Below are positions 1 through 9,411 of a stretch of DNA of 64,000 nt, one piece after another; position 1 is the stretch's first letter, and the number at the start of each line of letters is the position of its first letter. Below the pieces are notes generated by a model that searched no databases, was not told the origin of the DNA, and saw nothing but the letters and a program-made list of their open reading frames with translations. The position numbers and the translations under genes are program-made. The stretch is from contig JBMORA010000031.1 in NCBI GenBank assembly GCA_049320885.1, positions 1 to 64,000 on the forward strand, written 5' to 3'. This DNA is from Thermodesulfobacteriota bacterium (GTDB lineage: Bacteria > Desulfobacterota > Desulfobacteria > Desulfobacterales > SURF-7).

Positions 1-548
1 TGTTCCAGCAATATGTATTTTGGGGGCCAATATCGCTGTTTTCGACCCCAAAAAAGCAATTATAGAAAACCTCGTCTTCACGTAACTCGGAACAATTTTC
101 AGCTTGCCGGATGGAACGTCCGATTGCTATGGAATTCATTTTTTTCTTTATCAATGCCATAAAAGATCGGCTGCCAACGGCGATTGATTGCGTCCACATC
201 GATTCCCTCTGAAGGTCTGAATTGGATACCGCTGCGTTCACCCATTTGCGATGCGCGATTTGAAAATTCGAAAAATCCGTAAATCCGGCCAATCTCCGAA
301 TCTCTTCATAATCAATCAGAACACATTTTTTCCGGGGCGCCTGGATCTCATTATAGCCGCCGTGCATCCATCGTTCCGGATGATCCACGACCCCGGCGCG
401 CACCATATTCATGTCAATGTATACGATACACCGCAATAAATGTTCACCGCCTTCGATGATCGCGGCATGATAGCGATCTTCCCAAAATGCTCCTTTCCGT
501 TTCTTTCTCTGATTATATTCCTGTCCGGTTCTTCCGGCCACCAGCTGC
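1..548 (-). pseudogene. 5'-truncated RAYT (REP-associated tyrosine transposase) fragment carrying the long C-terminal region; runs off the window edge
   Basis: Manual translation of the minus strand gives ...AFWEDRY...YIDMNMVRAGVVDHPERWMHGGYNEIQAPRKK...WTQSIAVGS...GPQNTYCWN. Bases 361-544 are identical to 732-915. The N-terminal HUH half is absent. Confidence 0.8.
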
Positions 549-915
549 GGGTTGGGGTCGGGCCACGGCATATGCCTGATTATTAATCATTAGTGTTCCA
601 GAAATAGGTGTTTTGGAGGTCAATATTGCTCTTTTCAGCATTAAAAAATGCATTATAGACAGCTTCCCCCTCCCGGACCTGGAATTCTTCAGCTCCTTCT
701 ATTATATCTCTGCCCTTTGCCCGAAAGCCGGCGTGCATCCATCGTTCCGGATGATCCACGACCCCGGCGCGCACCATATTCATGTCAATGTATACGATAC
801 ACCGCAATAAATGTTCACCGCCTTCGATGATCGCGGCATGATAGCGATCTTCCCAAAATGCTCCTTTCCGTTTCTTTCTCTGATTATATTCCTGTCCGGT
901 TCTTCCGGCCACCAG
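361..915. repeat. 184-bp exact direct duplication (361-544 = 732-915, offset 371)
   Basis: Direct comparison: both copies run cgtgcatccatcgttccgg...tcttccggccaccag. Confidence 0.95.
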
Positions 916-1152
916 TTGCATGGATCTGGAAAGAACATCGTTGCCGGTGGCGTCGTAGGCGAGCAAATGGATATGATTGGATGTCACCGTATAATCCAGA
1001 ATTTTCAGTCCGTATCGTTTTCTCGCTTCATAGAGCCATTGAAGCCATCGGAGGCGGTCCTTTGAGAATTTCAACAAGAATTCCCGTTTATGGCATCTAT
1101 GGGTGATATGCCAGATATGTCCGGGAATGTAATGTCGATAAGCACGCGCCAC
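583..1152 (-). mobile_element. RAYT / IS200-like Y1 HUH transposase, apparently with an internal deletion in the C-terminal part
   Basis: HITHRC motif, NHIHLL (HUH), FWEDRY, YIDMNMVRAG (catalytic Tyr). GTG start with GAGGAG RBS. After WMH it skips about 70 aa that are present in the 1-548 copy. Confidence 0.9.
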
Positions 1153-1255
1153 AAAAACTCCTCAATATCGATCTTTTTGGGGGTAAAAAATGCATTATCG
1201 CTATGAAATCAAGGCTCTCATAACCCAATTAAAATTTTAAATCAAGATGTTAACT

Positions 1256-1303
1256 TGGTGCGACCCCCGGCGACCCGGCGCCCGGCGACCCGGCGCCGGC
1301 GAC
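1256..1303 (+). repeat. RAYT-end motif TGGTGCGACCCC followed by degenerate CG(A)CCCGG tandem units
   Basis: cgacccccgg-cgacccgg-cgcccgg-cgacccgg-cgccgg-cgac. Bases 1256-1267 are a 10/12 inverted match to 554-565 (ggggtcgggcca). Confidence 0.7.
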
Positions 1304-1515
1304 AATTCGCTTGCCAGATAAAAAGGAGGTTTAGGTGATGTTTTATCGACCAGTGTTCTTTTTTTGATCCACCACCGAAACATAATCGCATCCTCCAAAT
1401 TTTCAGTTCGCTCGTTACCGGAATGCAAAGGCAATCGAATTCACCTGATTTGATGCAATTTTTGGATATTAAAAAAAGCAGAAACATTTCCTTGCATTTG
1501 TTTTATCCAGAATTT

Positions 1516-2667
1516 TTAGACCCGGCGTATTTGCCTCATGAACATTTTGTACATAATTCTGATTTGGATCATCAGGTTTCCAGGAATGAGTTCAGGGTTC
1601 GCTGTCATCCGTTTTTTGGCCAGAGCCATCATTTGATCCATGCTGTTTTCAGGAAGTGCATACTGCCTCTTTTCCGGTTTTGGCAGCAGCGTAAACGATT
1701 TTGCCGGGCATGTGGTTACGCAAAGACCGCAGCCGATGCAGCGATCGGGGTTGAGTTCTGCAATTCCGTCTGCATTCATTGAAAGGGCGGCTGTCTGGCA
1801 TCTTCTGACGCAGACTTCGCACCCGGTGCAGTTGGAATTATCCAAAATGACATAGTGATTGCTGCTGACAATCTCCGCGGGTTTGGGGTGAGATTTTATG
1901 CCCAGGAGGACACCGCAGCAGTCGCCGCAGCAAAGGCACATGCCCGCCGGGTTTTGAGATGTAGCGGGTTGTGTGACCAGTCCCGCTTTCTGTCCCTTTG
2001 TTAAAATGGCAACGGCTTCTTTATAAGTAATTTTCCTCCCCAGGTTATGTTCAATATAGTATTCGGCCATTGTATTAAACATAAAACAGGATTCGAGCAA
2101 TTTCCCGCACCCTTGGTCGAGTTTGTTTTTTGTTGTTCGGCAAATACAATTCGCAATCGCAATTTGTTTTCTGGTTTTTAAAAATTCTACCGCGTCATCG
2201 TATGATGCGACATTATGTTTAACCGCAAGGGATTTTTGTATGGGAATGGTCCGTAAAAAGTAGCCCCCATGTCGAGCCAAGGAAAGCCCCATTGCTTCCG
2301 TGAGGTATTGGTCCATTAATGCTGCCAGTTCTTTGTCCATCCGATTTACCTGGTATTCAAATATGCCGTGGACAAAGGGGGTGGCTCCGTATAAAATTTT
2401 ATGATTTTCTTTTCTGCTGAACAATAATCCCCTTTTCGCCATGTCTGCCAACCTGTCTTTTGCTTCTGCTGGGGGCAGAGAGAGCTTGCCAGCGACAGCT
2501 TCAGGTGTTTCCAGGAGATGCGTTAGGCCAAGATAAATACGTGCGTCTTCTTCTGAAAATAGTTTTTGTAAAATCTTGATTTCAATTCCTGATTTTGTTG
2601 AAGGGAAGCCTACGGAATAAAGATCGAGTCTTTTTTGGAGCTTTCTGTAAACGCTTGTTGACATCAT
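1516..2667 (-). CDS. Multi-iron-sulfur protein (N-terminal HTH-like region, Cys-rich core, C-terminal 2x[4Fe-4S] ferredoxin domain)
   Basis: CICR, CLCCGDCC, CTGCEVCVRRC and CIGCGLCVTTCP motifs; AGGAG RBS. Confidence 0.85.
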   Translation of the reverse strand: MMSTSVYRKLQKRLDLYSVGFPSTKSGIEIKILQKLFSEEDARIYLGLTHLLETPEAVAGKLSLPPAEAKDRLADMAKRGLLFSRKENHKILYGATPFVHGIFEYQVNRMDKELAALMDQYLTEAMGLSLARHGGYFLRTIPIQKSLAVKHNVASYDDAVEFLKTRKQIAIANCICRTTKNKLDQGCGKLLESCFMFNTMAEYYIEHNLGRKITYKEAVAILTKGQKAGLVTQPATSQNPAGMCLCCGDCCGVLLGIKSHPKPAEIVSSNHYVILDNSNCTGCEVCVRRCQTAALSMNADGIAELNPDRCIGCGLCVTTCPAKSFTLLPKPEKRQYALPENSMDQMMALAKKRMTANPELIPGNLMIQIRIMYKMFMRQIRRV

Positions 2668-2820
2668 GCTTCTCCTTTATTGCTTCAAATCCTTCAGAAA
2701 GAATTACGCAGGCATCACTTTCCCGAGCAATACGGCCGAAACCCAGCATCATGCCTTCGGCTGGCAATACCCCTGTCAACCGTCATTCCAGCTCGCTGTA
2801 AATGCAATCATATGGAAATT

Positions 2821-3594
2821 CTATAGATCCCTGGCGATCAAGGCCGCGCCGAGGGCTCCGTTAATCTGGGGGTCAACGGTCTCCAGGGATTTCATTCGGA
2901 GGTTAATACCTTCCGACAAGGCGTCAAACACACCGGCATTTTTGGCAACCCCGCCGGTCATGATGACATCTTCCGCCACAACAAGGCTTCGTGCCTGGGA
3001 TGCAACCCGGTTTGCCATGGCCCGGTGAAGGGCGTTCAAAATATCGTTTATCGCCTTGCCTTCATTTACCAGGGAAACGACTTCGGTTTCAGCAAAAATA
3101 ACACACTGGCTGGAGATGCTGATATTTTCGGTTGAATCTGCGGAGCGCGATCCCATTTCCTCCAAGTCCACTCCCAGCGCATCGGCCATAATTTCGAGGA
3201 ATCGGCCGGTTCCGGCCGCACACTTGTCGTTATAGGAGTACCGGATCACCTTGCCGGCATGGTCCATTTTGATCACTTTTGAATCCTGCCCGCCGATGTC
3301 AATCACCATTTTCGCGGATGGGTGGATCCACCAGGCCCCCTTTGCATGACATACAATTTCGGATTCGAGTTTATCGGCAAACTGGATTTCTTTCTGTCCA
3401 TAGCCCGTCCCGACGACAGCATGAATGTCTTCCATTGACAGCGCGGCCTTTTGCAATGCCAATTTGAAGACCGTTTGTGCCGACTCGCGCGGGTCAAGCC
3501 TGGCATGAATAACTTCGCTTGCAATAATCGTGTCACCTTCCAGAATGACAGCTTTCGCTGTCCGCGAACCGATATCACATCCGGCAGTGATCAT
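2821..3594 (-). CDS. Acyl-CoA dehydratase activase / aryl-CoA reductase ATPase subunit (BadF/BadG/BcrA/BcrD family)
   Basis: GCDIGSRTAK, GTGYG, IDIGGQDSK, NDKCAAGTGRF, CVIFAETE, TGGVAKN. Confidence 0.92.
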   Translation of the reverse strand: MITAGCDIGSRTAKAVILEGDTIIASEVIHARLDPRESAQTVFKLALQKAALSMEDIHAVVGTGYGQKEIQFADKLESEIVCHAKGAWWIHPSAKMVIDIGGQDSKVIKMDHAGKVIRYSYNDKCAAGTGRFLEIMADALGVDLEEMGSRSADSTENISISSQCVIFAETEVVSLVNEGKAINDILNALHRAMANRVASQARSLVVAEDVIMTGGVAKNAGVFDALSEGINLRMKSLETVDPQINGALGAALIARDL

Positions 3595-3648
3595 ATTTCA
3601 CCTCTTTCTTTCGCTTCTATCGGCTTTTTGCCGCAAGAATTCATTGGC

Positions 3649-4431
3649 TTATCGGATTCGTTCCCCTGCAATGAGAGCCGCTCCAATAGCACCGGCCAAT
3701 TGCGGATCCAGCCTTGTAATCCGTTTGATGCGGCGGCCGAGGATCTGGCCCAGAGCCCTGACCACACCGTCATTTTTGGCCCCTCCTCCGGTAATGCAGA
3801 TATCATCTTCAATCTTCATCGTGTTGGCAAGCATGGATACCCGGTTTGCCATGGCCGCATTGATTCCGGCACAGATATCCTCCGGCCGGCTCCTTGCGTT
3901 AATATGTTTGATCACGTCGGCCTGCGCCCACACGGTGCAAACCGAAGCAAACGGAATCGGCGCCGTTGATTTGGCAGAAAGCTTGCCGAGCTCTTCGGTT
4001 TCAATATTCATCACTTTTGCCATTATATCGAGAAAACGCCCGGTACCGGAGGCACATTTGTCGTTGGTCACAAACTTGTCAATATTGCCCTGCCGATCCA
4101 GCCGGATCACTTTACAGTCCTGTCCGCCGATATCGATTACGGTTTTGGTGGAAGGAATGATCCAGCGGGCGCCCTTGCCATGGCAGGAAATTTCCGAGAC
4201 TGTGTCCGTAACAAAGGCGATTCTTTCGCGTCCGTATCCGGTCCCGATGCAGCAGGCGATATCATCCTGTTGGATGCCCGCTTGCGTAAACACTTTCGCC
4301 ATCACTTCACCGGCCGATTGAACAGGATTTGGACCCGACTTGATCACGGCGGCGGCGATGATTCTTTTTTTTTCCATGACAACCGCCTTGGTGGTCAATG
4401 ACCCCACATCACATCCTGCAACAAAGCTCAT
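3649..4431 (-). CDS. Acyl-CoA dehydratase activase / aryl-CoA reductase ATPase subunit (second paralog)
   Basis: GCDVGSLTTK, GTGYGR, IDIGGQDCK, NDKCASGTGRF, CTVWAQAD; ATGA overlap with the upstream gene. Confidence 0.92.
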   Translation of the reverse strand: MSFVAGCDVGSLTTKAVVMEKKRIIAAAVIKSGPNPVQSAGEVMAKVFTQAGIQQDDIACCIGTGYGRERIAFVTDTVSEISCHGKGARWIIPSTKTVIDIGGQDCKVIRLDRQGNIDKFVTNDKCASGTGRFLDIMAKVMNIETEELGKLSAKSTAPIPFASVCTVWAQADVIKHINARSRPEDICAGINAAMANRVSMLANTMKIEDDICITGGGAKNDGVVRALGQILGRRIKRITRLDPQLAGAIGAALIAGERIR

Positions 4432-5831
4432 AACAGCCCCCTTATGGTAAAAAATTCTTCCATTCTCATCACGGTCGTGTCCCAGCTTTCCACGCGGCCG
4501 TCAAAAGAATCCGCGTAAACCAAATGGGTTGGGAACCCCGCCGCTTCCAGATCCCTGGCAATCAATTTGACATTTGACCAGGTATTGCGGCAACCGGGCG
4601 TACCGTTATAGATGCAACAATCCGCTTTATAGATTCTGGCAAGTGAAAGGGTATCTTCAAGCCACATGTTGGGAGCGTCATAAGGTCCCCGGATGGTGCG
4701 GGTCATTGGCATACGGGCGTTGATATCCGCAAGGGAATCAATCATGGTATCGAGATTTTTTGTATTTATCTGGTAGGTTGTACCTGGTATGCCGGTCGTG
4801 TAAGGGGCATCCTCTGCAAATGTTCGTGTCAGGATACTGCCCATATGCGCAATGCCGTTTTTAGCAAACCAGTCCCACATGCCGACATTCAGCGAGTAAT
4901 TATCGATATATATCAGAAAGGCCCGGATTTTTTCTTCCCCGGAGTTCAACCCGGACCGCCCTTCCGCTGCATTCTGCCGTACGATTTCGAGCATTTCCCG
5001 CAGCATCTTGGTGTATTTTTTTCTACCGGAATAGATATAGCGCGAGGCATAAATCAAAATGTGATACAGGCCGGGCACAGGGTTGGGTACAAGGCGCTGC
5101 ATTTCTTCCAGCTCATCAAGCAGGGCATCCTGTATTTTCTTCTCTTCCAAAAGTTCGCGGAGCCGGTCGATATCAAATTTGCATCCTGAATGTGTCTCGA
5201 TAAATCGGATGAATTCCCGGTAGTCTTTATGATGATATTCCTGGACCTCTTCGGTGGTGAGTTCGGCAGGGTAGTCAAGTCCGTAATAAGGAACATCAAG
5301 ATACTGGGCGGCAAAACTGTAGGCATTGGCGTTCGTGTCACAGACGCCCCCCATATTGAGCGCCACCATATCAATTTCCGCCCCGGCCCCCGCAAGGTAG
5401 GCCCCCATGGCACCGCGTTGGGACGAACAGCCGGTTTCCGAAAAACCCACTTCGGTACAGAAGTCCATAAAATCATAGGAGCCGCGCTTCCACAGCATGG
5501 AGGTCAATGCGGTTCCGATTTCAAGGGTCACCGGCACTAGGTTGTCCACTGCATAAAAGATGGCGGGATCAAAGCAAAAGGTTGTCATCACGACCTTTTT
5601 GCCGTCTTTTTTGGCGTTGACGATGTTGGTGTAGTATTCTCCAAAAAGATCGATAAACGTGATAGCGGGTTTGCCAAGGGCCAGCAGCGGTGTCAGGAGT
5701 CCGCTGTCATAGGGAGCGAACTGGAGAAGCCTGGCCAGCTCCTTGGGAGTCGCATTTTCCGTTTTTTTGGCGATATTGAACGTGGCCGCAAACAACCAAT
5801 CAAGATTATATTCCAGTAATTCTGGTCTCAT
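4428..5831 (-). CDS. 2-hydroxyacyl-CoA dehydratase / benzoyl-CoA reductase-family subunit (HgdA/BcrB/BzdO-like)
   Basis: Spaced Cys ligands (ETGCS, GVCD, PGCR) and the characteristic C-terminus DSFDGR...RMEEF; ATGA overlaps on both sides. Confidence 0.8.
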   Translation of the reverse strand: MRPELLEYNLDWLFAATFNIAKKTENATPKELARLLQFAPYDSGLLTPLLALGKPAITFIDLFGEYYTNIVNAKKDGKKVVMTTFCFDPAIFYAVDNLVPVTLEIGTALTSMLWKRGSYDFMDFCTEVGFSETGCSSQRGAMGAYLAGAGAEIDMVALNMGGVCDTNANAYSFAAQYLDVPYYGLDYPAELTTEEVQEYHHKDYREFIRFIETHSGCKFDIDRLRELLEEKKIQDALLDELEEMQRLVPNPVPGLYHILIYASRYIYSGRKKYTKMLREMLEIVRQNAAEGRSGLNSGEEKIRAFLIYIDNYSLNVGMWDWFAKNGIAHMGSILTRTFAEDAPYTTGIPGTTYQINTKNLDTMIDSLADINARMPMTRTIRGPYDAPNMWLEDTLSLARIYKADCCIYNGTPGCRNTWSNVKLIARDLEAAGFPTHLVYADSFDGRVESWDTTVMRMEEFFTIRGLL

Positions 5832-7012
5832 TCCGCACCTTTGCTTGTTGTGGCTGTTTCATTCTTCTGATTTTTGGATTTCAGTTGTTCGATAAATGCA
5901 CTGACTCTCATTTTCAGCCTTCCGGTTTCGGTCAGCGGACCGTATTCTTTTTCGATCCGCAGACACGGGATCCCCATCTGTTCAAGATCCCTTTCCATCA
6001 GGCCATTTTCCGTACCGTGCATATCGCAGAACCGGATGTTCTGGAGAATGACACCGTCCACATTTGCCGCCCGGATTCTTTCCGCAACTGTTTTCAGACG
6101 GGTCTTATACCAGCCGAACATGCGGGGGCAGGCTGAGCCGGCGAGATAACGCCGGGTAAGCGCCACGATGGGTTCTTCATCTTCGTTAACCAGCTCGTTT
6201 TCACTACGGATGCCGAAACAGACGTTTTCACCAACAACAACCGCACCCGCATCTTCGATCAGGGAAACCAGCTCAACAGAATCACAGATGCTCCCCCCCA
6301 GAAAAATCCGCTGCTTGCCTTTTTGAACGGAGTTGTCCCGTTTTTTTGCGGTTTGAATCAGGTCTGCCAGGAGTTCTGCAAAATTTTCCGCGGGCATTAT
6401 GGTTGAAGCAATCAGGGATGAAAATGCCTCTGTTCCGGAAACAGCCACTGGATCATTGGCCCTCAACTGTTCCATGTCCAGGATGAGTTTTCGAACGCGA
6501 TTTAGCTGCCGGATGGTTTTTGTTAATTTTTCGTCCGATATCGTCACCTGGAATTGCTCTTCAACGGCTGCGATCAATTTCCTTACCTGGTTCACATACC
6601 AGATAAACGCATGCCCGTCAGGCTTGTGCGGCACATCGAAGTAGTGCAGCCAGGAAGGCAGTGTCCCATCAATGTCCTTTCCCATCTTCCTCCAGCAATC
6701 ATCCAGTCTTCGCATGGCATCACAGCCGTTGGAAATCACCACGCCGTCAAGAAAGCTGTATTTCCCGGAACCGGCAAACTGCAGAACCGCCTTGGGAAAG
6801 GTGCAGGCAAAGGGACCATAGTAGGCATCTCCGATTTCCATGCTGTCGGCGCCAATGCCCCGCAGCCTTATCGGCAGAATCTCTGCCGCATAAAATACCT
6901 CGATCGGCAGGAAAGAGCAGGTGTATCCAACGACCTTTTTGCCCTTTTCCTTCCAGTCACGTACAGGCGCAATGTCGATATTGGTAGCAGCTTCATAAAG
7001 CGTCATACCCAT
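5828..7012 (-). CDS. 2-hydroxyacyl-CoA dehydratase / benzoyl-CoA reductase-family subunit (HgdB/BcrC/BzdN-like)
   Basis: GYTCSFLPIE, FACTF, NGCDAMRR, RFCDMHG, IPCLRIE...RVSAFIEQL. Confidence 0.85.
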   Translation of the reverse strand: MGMTLYEAATNIDIAPVRDWKEKGKKVVGYTCSFLPIEVFYAAEILPIRLRGIGADSMEIGDAYYGPFACTFPKAVLQFAGSGKYSFLDGVVISNGCDAMRRLDDCWRKMGKDIDGTLPSWLHYFDVPHKPDGHAFIWYVNQVRKLIAAVEEQFQVTISDEKLTKTIRQLNRVRKLILDMEQLRANDPVAVSGTEAFSSLIASTIMPAENFAELLADLIQTAKKRDNSVQKGKQRIFLGGSICDSVELVSLIEDAGAVVVGENVCFGIRSENELVNEDEEPIVALTRRYLAGSACPRMFGWYKTRLKTVAERIRAANVDGVILQNIRFCDMHGTENGLMERDLEQMGIPCLRIEKEYGPLTETGRLKMRVSAFIEQLKSKNQKNETATTSKGAE

Positions 7013-8499
7013 GATCTTTCCTCCTCATTCAGGACGAAATTACGCAGCCTTTTTCTGGCCTCCTGAATCTCCTGATCCTGTCCGTCGTCTTCCGGCGTAA
7101 AGAAATCGCAGAATTCTTGCACAAGTACCGGGAAAACGGTTCTTGCCAGCGGCCGGAACGAATGGCCTATCTCCGCTGCAAACCAGCCAACGGTTTTTTC
7201 AATCTCATACAGGTCCAGAGCCCCCGTGAATTCCCGTAATTTTGAAACCAGCACCTCGGGCCTGCCGTCATAAAGCGTATTGGCCATTCTGCAGAGCGAG
7301 TTGAGGATATCGGCCAGGTCATAGGTGGCCCATGACGCAAGCCCTGTTTCCAGCGCCTGGATGGTAACTTCTTCCGGCAAATCCTCAACAAGTTCGATTT
7401 TTCGTTTAACCAACCGTGATTTTGAATTCTGGCGCACGGCTATATGACGCAACTGCTGAACGAGAAATTCCGGATTCTCGGCAGCTACATCCATAAACAC
7501 TTTTGCTATGGTTTCCTTGCCGTCGATCAAAGCGTTTCTGGCCTTAATGAAAAGCGCCGGATCGGCATTTTTCAAAACGGCCCGCGTTTTCCCGGAAAGA
7601 TCCATTGTGAAGCGGGGAGCGCCGGATTCTCCGACAAGGGCGCTTCCGGTATGAATCTGCCTGACAATTTCGGCAAGGTTGTTCAGCAGATCGCCGGCCT
7701 TATCGCCATCCAGCTCCCGGAAAAAGGAAAGCAGGATATCCGCCAGCATGTCTGGAGAAAGCGCATTGAATCGTTTGGTCATTTCGGCCAGAAGCAGGAT
7801 CGCGAAATTTGCGATCCCCGGAATATAGGAAAGGAAAATAATAAATTTGGCCGGGTATTCAAAAGCCAGTTCGCAGAGTTGGACAATCAAAGCGTCGTAG
7901 TCTTCCTTTGAATTATCGAAAAGCTCCCGAAGCTCACCGAAATCCGTATGATCCAGCCAGCTTTGAATCTGGGGAATAATTTTTTCCGTAAAAAAGCGTG
8001 GATTATCAGATCGAAGGGAACCGGCTGTCCTGAACAGGGATGTCAGGATTTCAGCGATTTTCCCGGTATCAATATCAGATAAAAAATCCCCGACAATTTT
8101 TTTCTTTTTCGCTTCCGGAAGATGTTCAAAAGCATTCGTGGCCGCATGCAGGATACCGATGGCGCCATTCATCAAGTCCGGAGCCGCTTTGCCGGCCCTT
8201 TCCAGGAATTCCGGGCTTTCAAAAAGGCGGGAAAGCGCATCTTCCGATTCGGTGCCAACCGGTTTTGCCAGGCGCTTTCCGATCATCACCCGATACAGCC
8301 TGGCAAACGCCTTTTTTCCCGCATGTTCTTTTGACCAGTGCGCCAGAACATTTGAAATCAGAGAATCAAGCGTATTGCGACATGCCCTGGTCTGCAGGGT
8401 GTCGGCTATAAATCTTCCCATGGAGTAGCCGCTGTTCTTTTTTTCATCATCCCCGGCAATCACGTAGATACTGTCTTCAAAAGCGGGTGTCATAACCAT
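7003..8499 (-). CDS. Hypothetical, probably alpha-helical repeat protein co-transcribed with the dehydratase/reductase genes
   Basis: 498-aa ORF with GAGG RBS, overlaps the downstream start, recurring IDxGKIAEIL-like units. Confidence 0.75.
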   Translation of the reverse strand: MVMTPAFEDSIYVIAGDDEKKNSGYSMGRFIADTLQTRACRNTLDSLISNVLAHWSKEHAGKKAFARLYRVMIGKRLAKPVGTESEDALSRLFESPEFLERAGKAAPDLMNGAIGILHAATNAFEHLPEAKKKKIVGDFLSDIDTGKIAEILTSLFRTAGSLRSDNPRFFTEKIIPQIQSWLDHTDFGELRELFDNSKEDYDALIVQLCELAFEYPAKFIIFLSYIPGIANFAILLLAEMTKRFNALSPDMLADILLSFFRELDGDKAGDLLNNLAEIVRQIHTGSALVGESGAPRFTMDLSGKTRAVLKNADPALFIKARNALIDGKETIAKVFMDVAAENPEFLVQQLRHIAVRQNSKSRLVKRKIELVEDLPEEVTIQALETGLASWATYDLADILNSLCRMANTLYDGRPEVLVSKLREFTGALDLYEIEKTVGWFAAEIGHSFRPLARTVFPVLVQEFCDFFTPEDDGQDQEIQEARKRLRNFVLNEEERSWV

Positions 8500-8603
8500 T
8501 TACCTCAACAATTCGTTTCCTGGGTTTTTTCCCAGGGTTTTGATTAGCATCATTACCCATCATGCGAGATGACTGGTCTGTCTTCTTCCCAAAGATAGAA
8601 GGG

Positions 8604-9275
8604 TCAGGGTCGGTGGCCCGTTTTGTCCTTGAGCATTTTTAAAGCAAAGGTTTTTTCATTACGGGCATAATCCTGAATTGTTCTTACGGCCTCTTCAGGT
8701 TTTCCCTCGCTGGCATATTTTGCCATCCGCTGAAAAAAAACTTTGTTCTTCTCCAAATCCGCTTTCCGATAGGATAGTGATGCGTATTGTATCCGTCGGT
8801 TGTAAGGCCAGAGCTCCAGCAGCGTCTGTTTCAGCATCGGGTTTCTGGCCGCTTTCATCGATACGGCTGCAAATTCAAAGATGCCGTCATAATATTTCTC
8901 AACATTTTCTTCCCTGGCCGCGCATTCAATTTTTTCAAGTGCCGTCCCTAACGCCTGAAAATCCTTTTCCGTTGCGCGTTCAGTTGCCCTGCGGGCAACC
9001 ATGCCATACAGGGCTTCAAAAATATCATAAAACCAATCGACGTTTTCCGGGGTTATCTCGGTAACCCGTGCTCCTTTGCGTGGGATTATCTCAACCAATT
9101 TGTTTTTTCCAAGAAGCTGCAGTGCTTCCCGTATTGGACTGCGGCTTACACCAAGCTCTTCCGCAAGCTTGGTCTCAAGAATTCGTTCCCCGGGTTTCAG
9201 CTCATTCCGGATGATTTTCTCGCTGATTTCCGCCACTACTATATCACTGAGATTATTCGGTACCGTAAACGTCAT
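8604..9275 (-). CDS. GntR family (FadR/FCD) transcriptional regulator
   Basis: LKPGERI-ETKLAEELGVSRSPIREAL wHTH. Start set at ATG 9275 (AAAGGA RBS). Confidence 0.92.
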   Translation of the reverse strand: MTFTVPNNLSDIVVAEISEKIIRNELKPGERILETKLAEELGVSRSPIREALQLLGKNKLVEIIPRKGARVTEITPENVDWFYDIFEALYGMVARRATERATEKDFQALGTALEKIECAAREENVEKYYDGIFEFAAVSMKAARNPMLKQTLLELWPYNRRIQYASLSYRKADLEKNKVFFQRMAKYASEGKPEEAVRTIQDYARNEKTFALKMLKDKTGHRP

Positions 9276-9297
9276 GGCCTGATATCCTTTGCGGGAT

Positions 9298-9344
9298 TTT
9301 TTTGTATACTGTATACAATATACAAAAAATGTCCTATCTGTCAA
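9298..9344 (-). promoter_or_regulatory. Sigma70-type promoter (TTGACA-N16-TATATT) overlapped by a 32-bp palindrome, probable GntR operator
   Basis: TTTTTTGTATACTGTATACAATATACAAAAAA at 9298-9329; -35 at 9344-9339, -10 at 9322-9317. Confidence 0.75.
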
Positions 9345-9411
9345 ACAAAAGAATATTTGGATAATTGGGACTAATTGGGACAGGAGAATTATTGTATTTT
9401 TCCAATTATGG

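Noticed and set aside
1261..1303. Possible CRISPR or coding repeat
   Set aside because: Units are 6-10 bp with no spacers; the small ORFs over it are low-complexity artefacts
2821..7012. Assigning bcr, bzd or hgd gene symbols
   Set aside because: Family is clear but orthology and substrate cannot be set without a phylogeny
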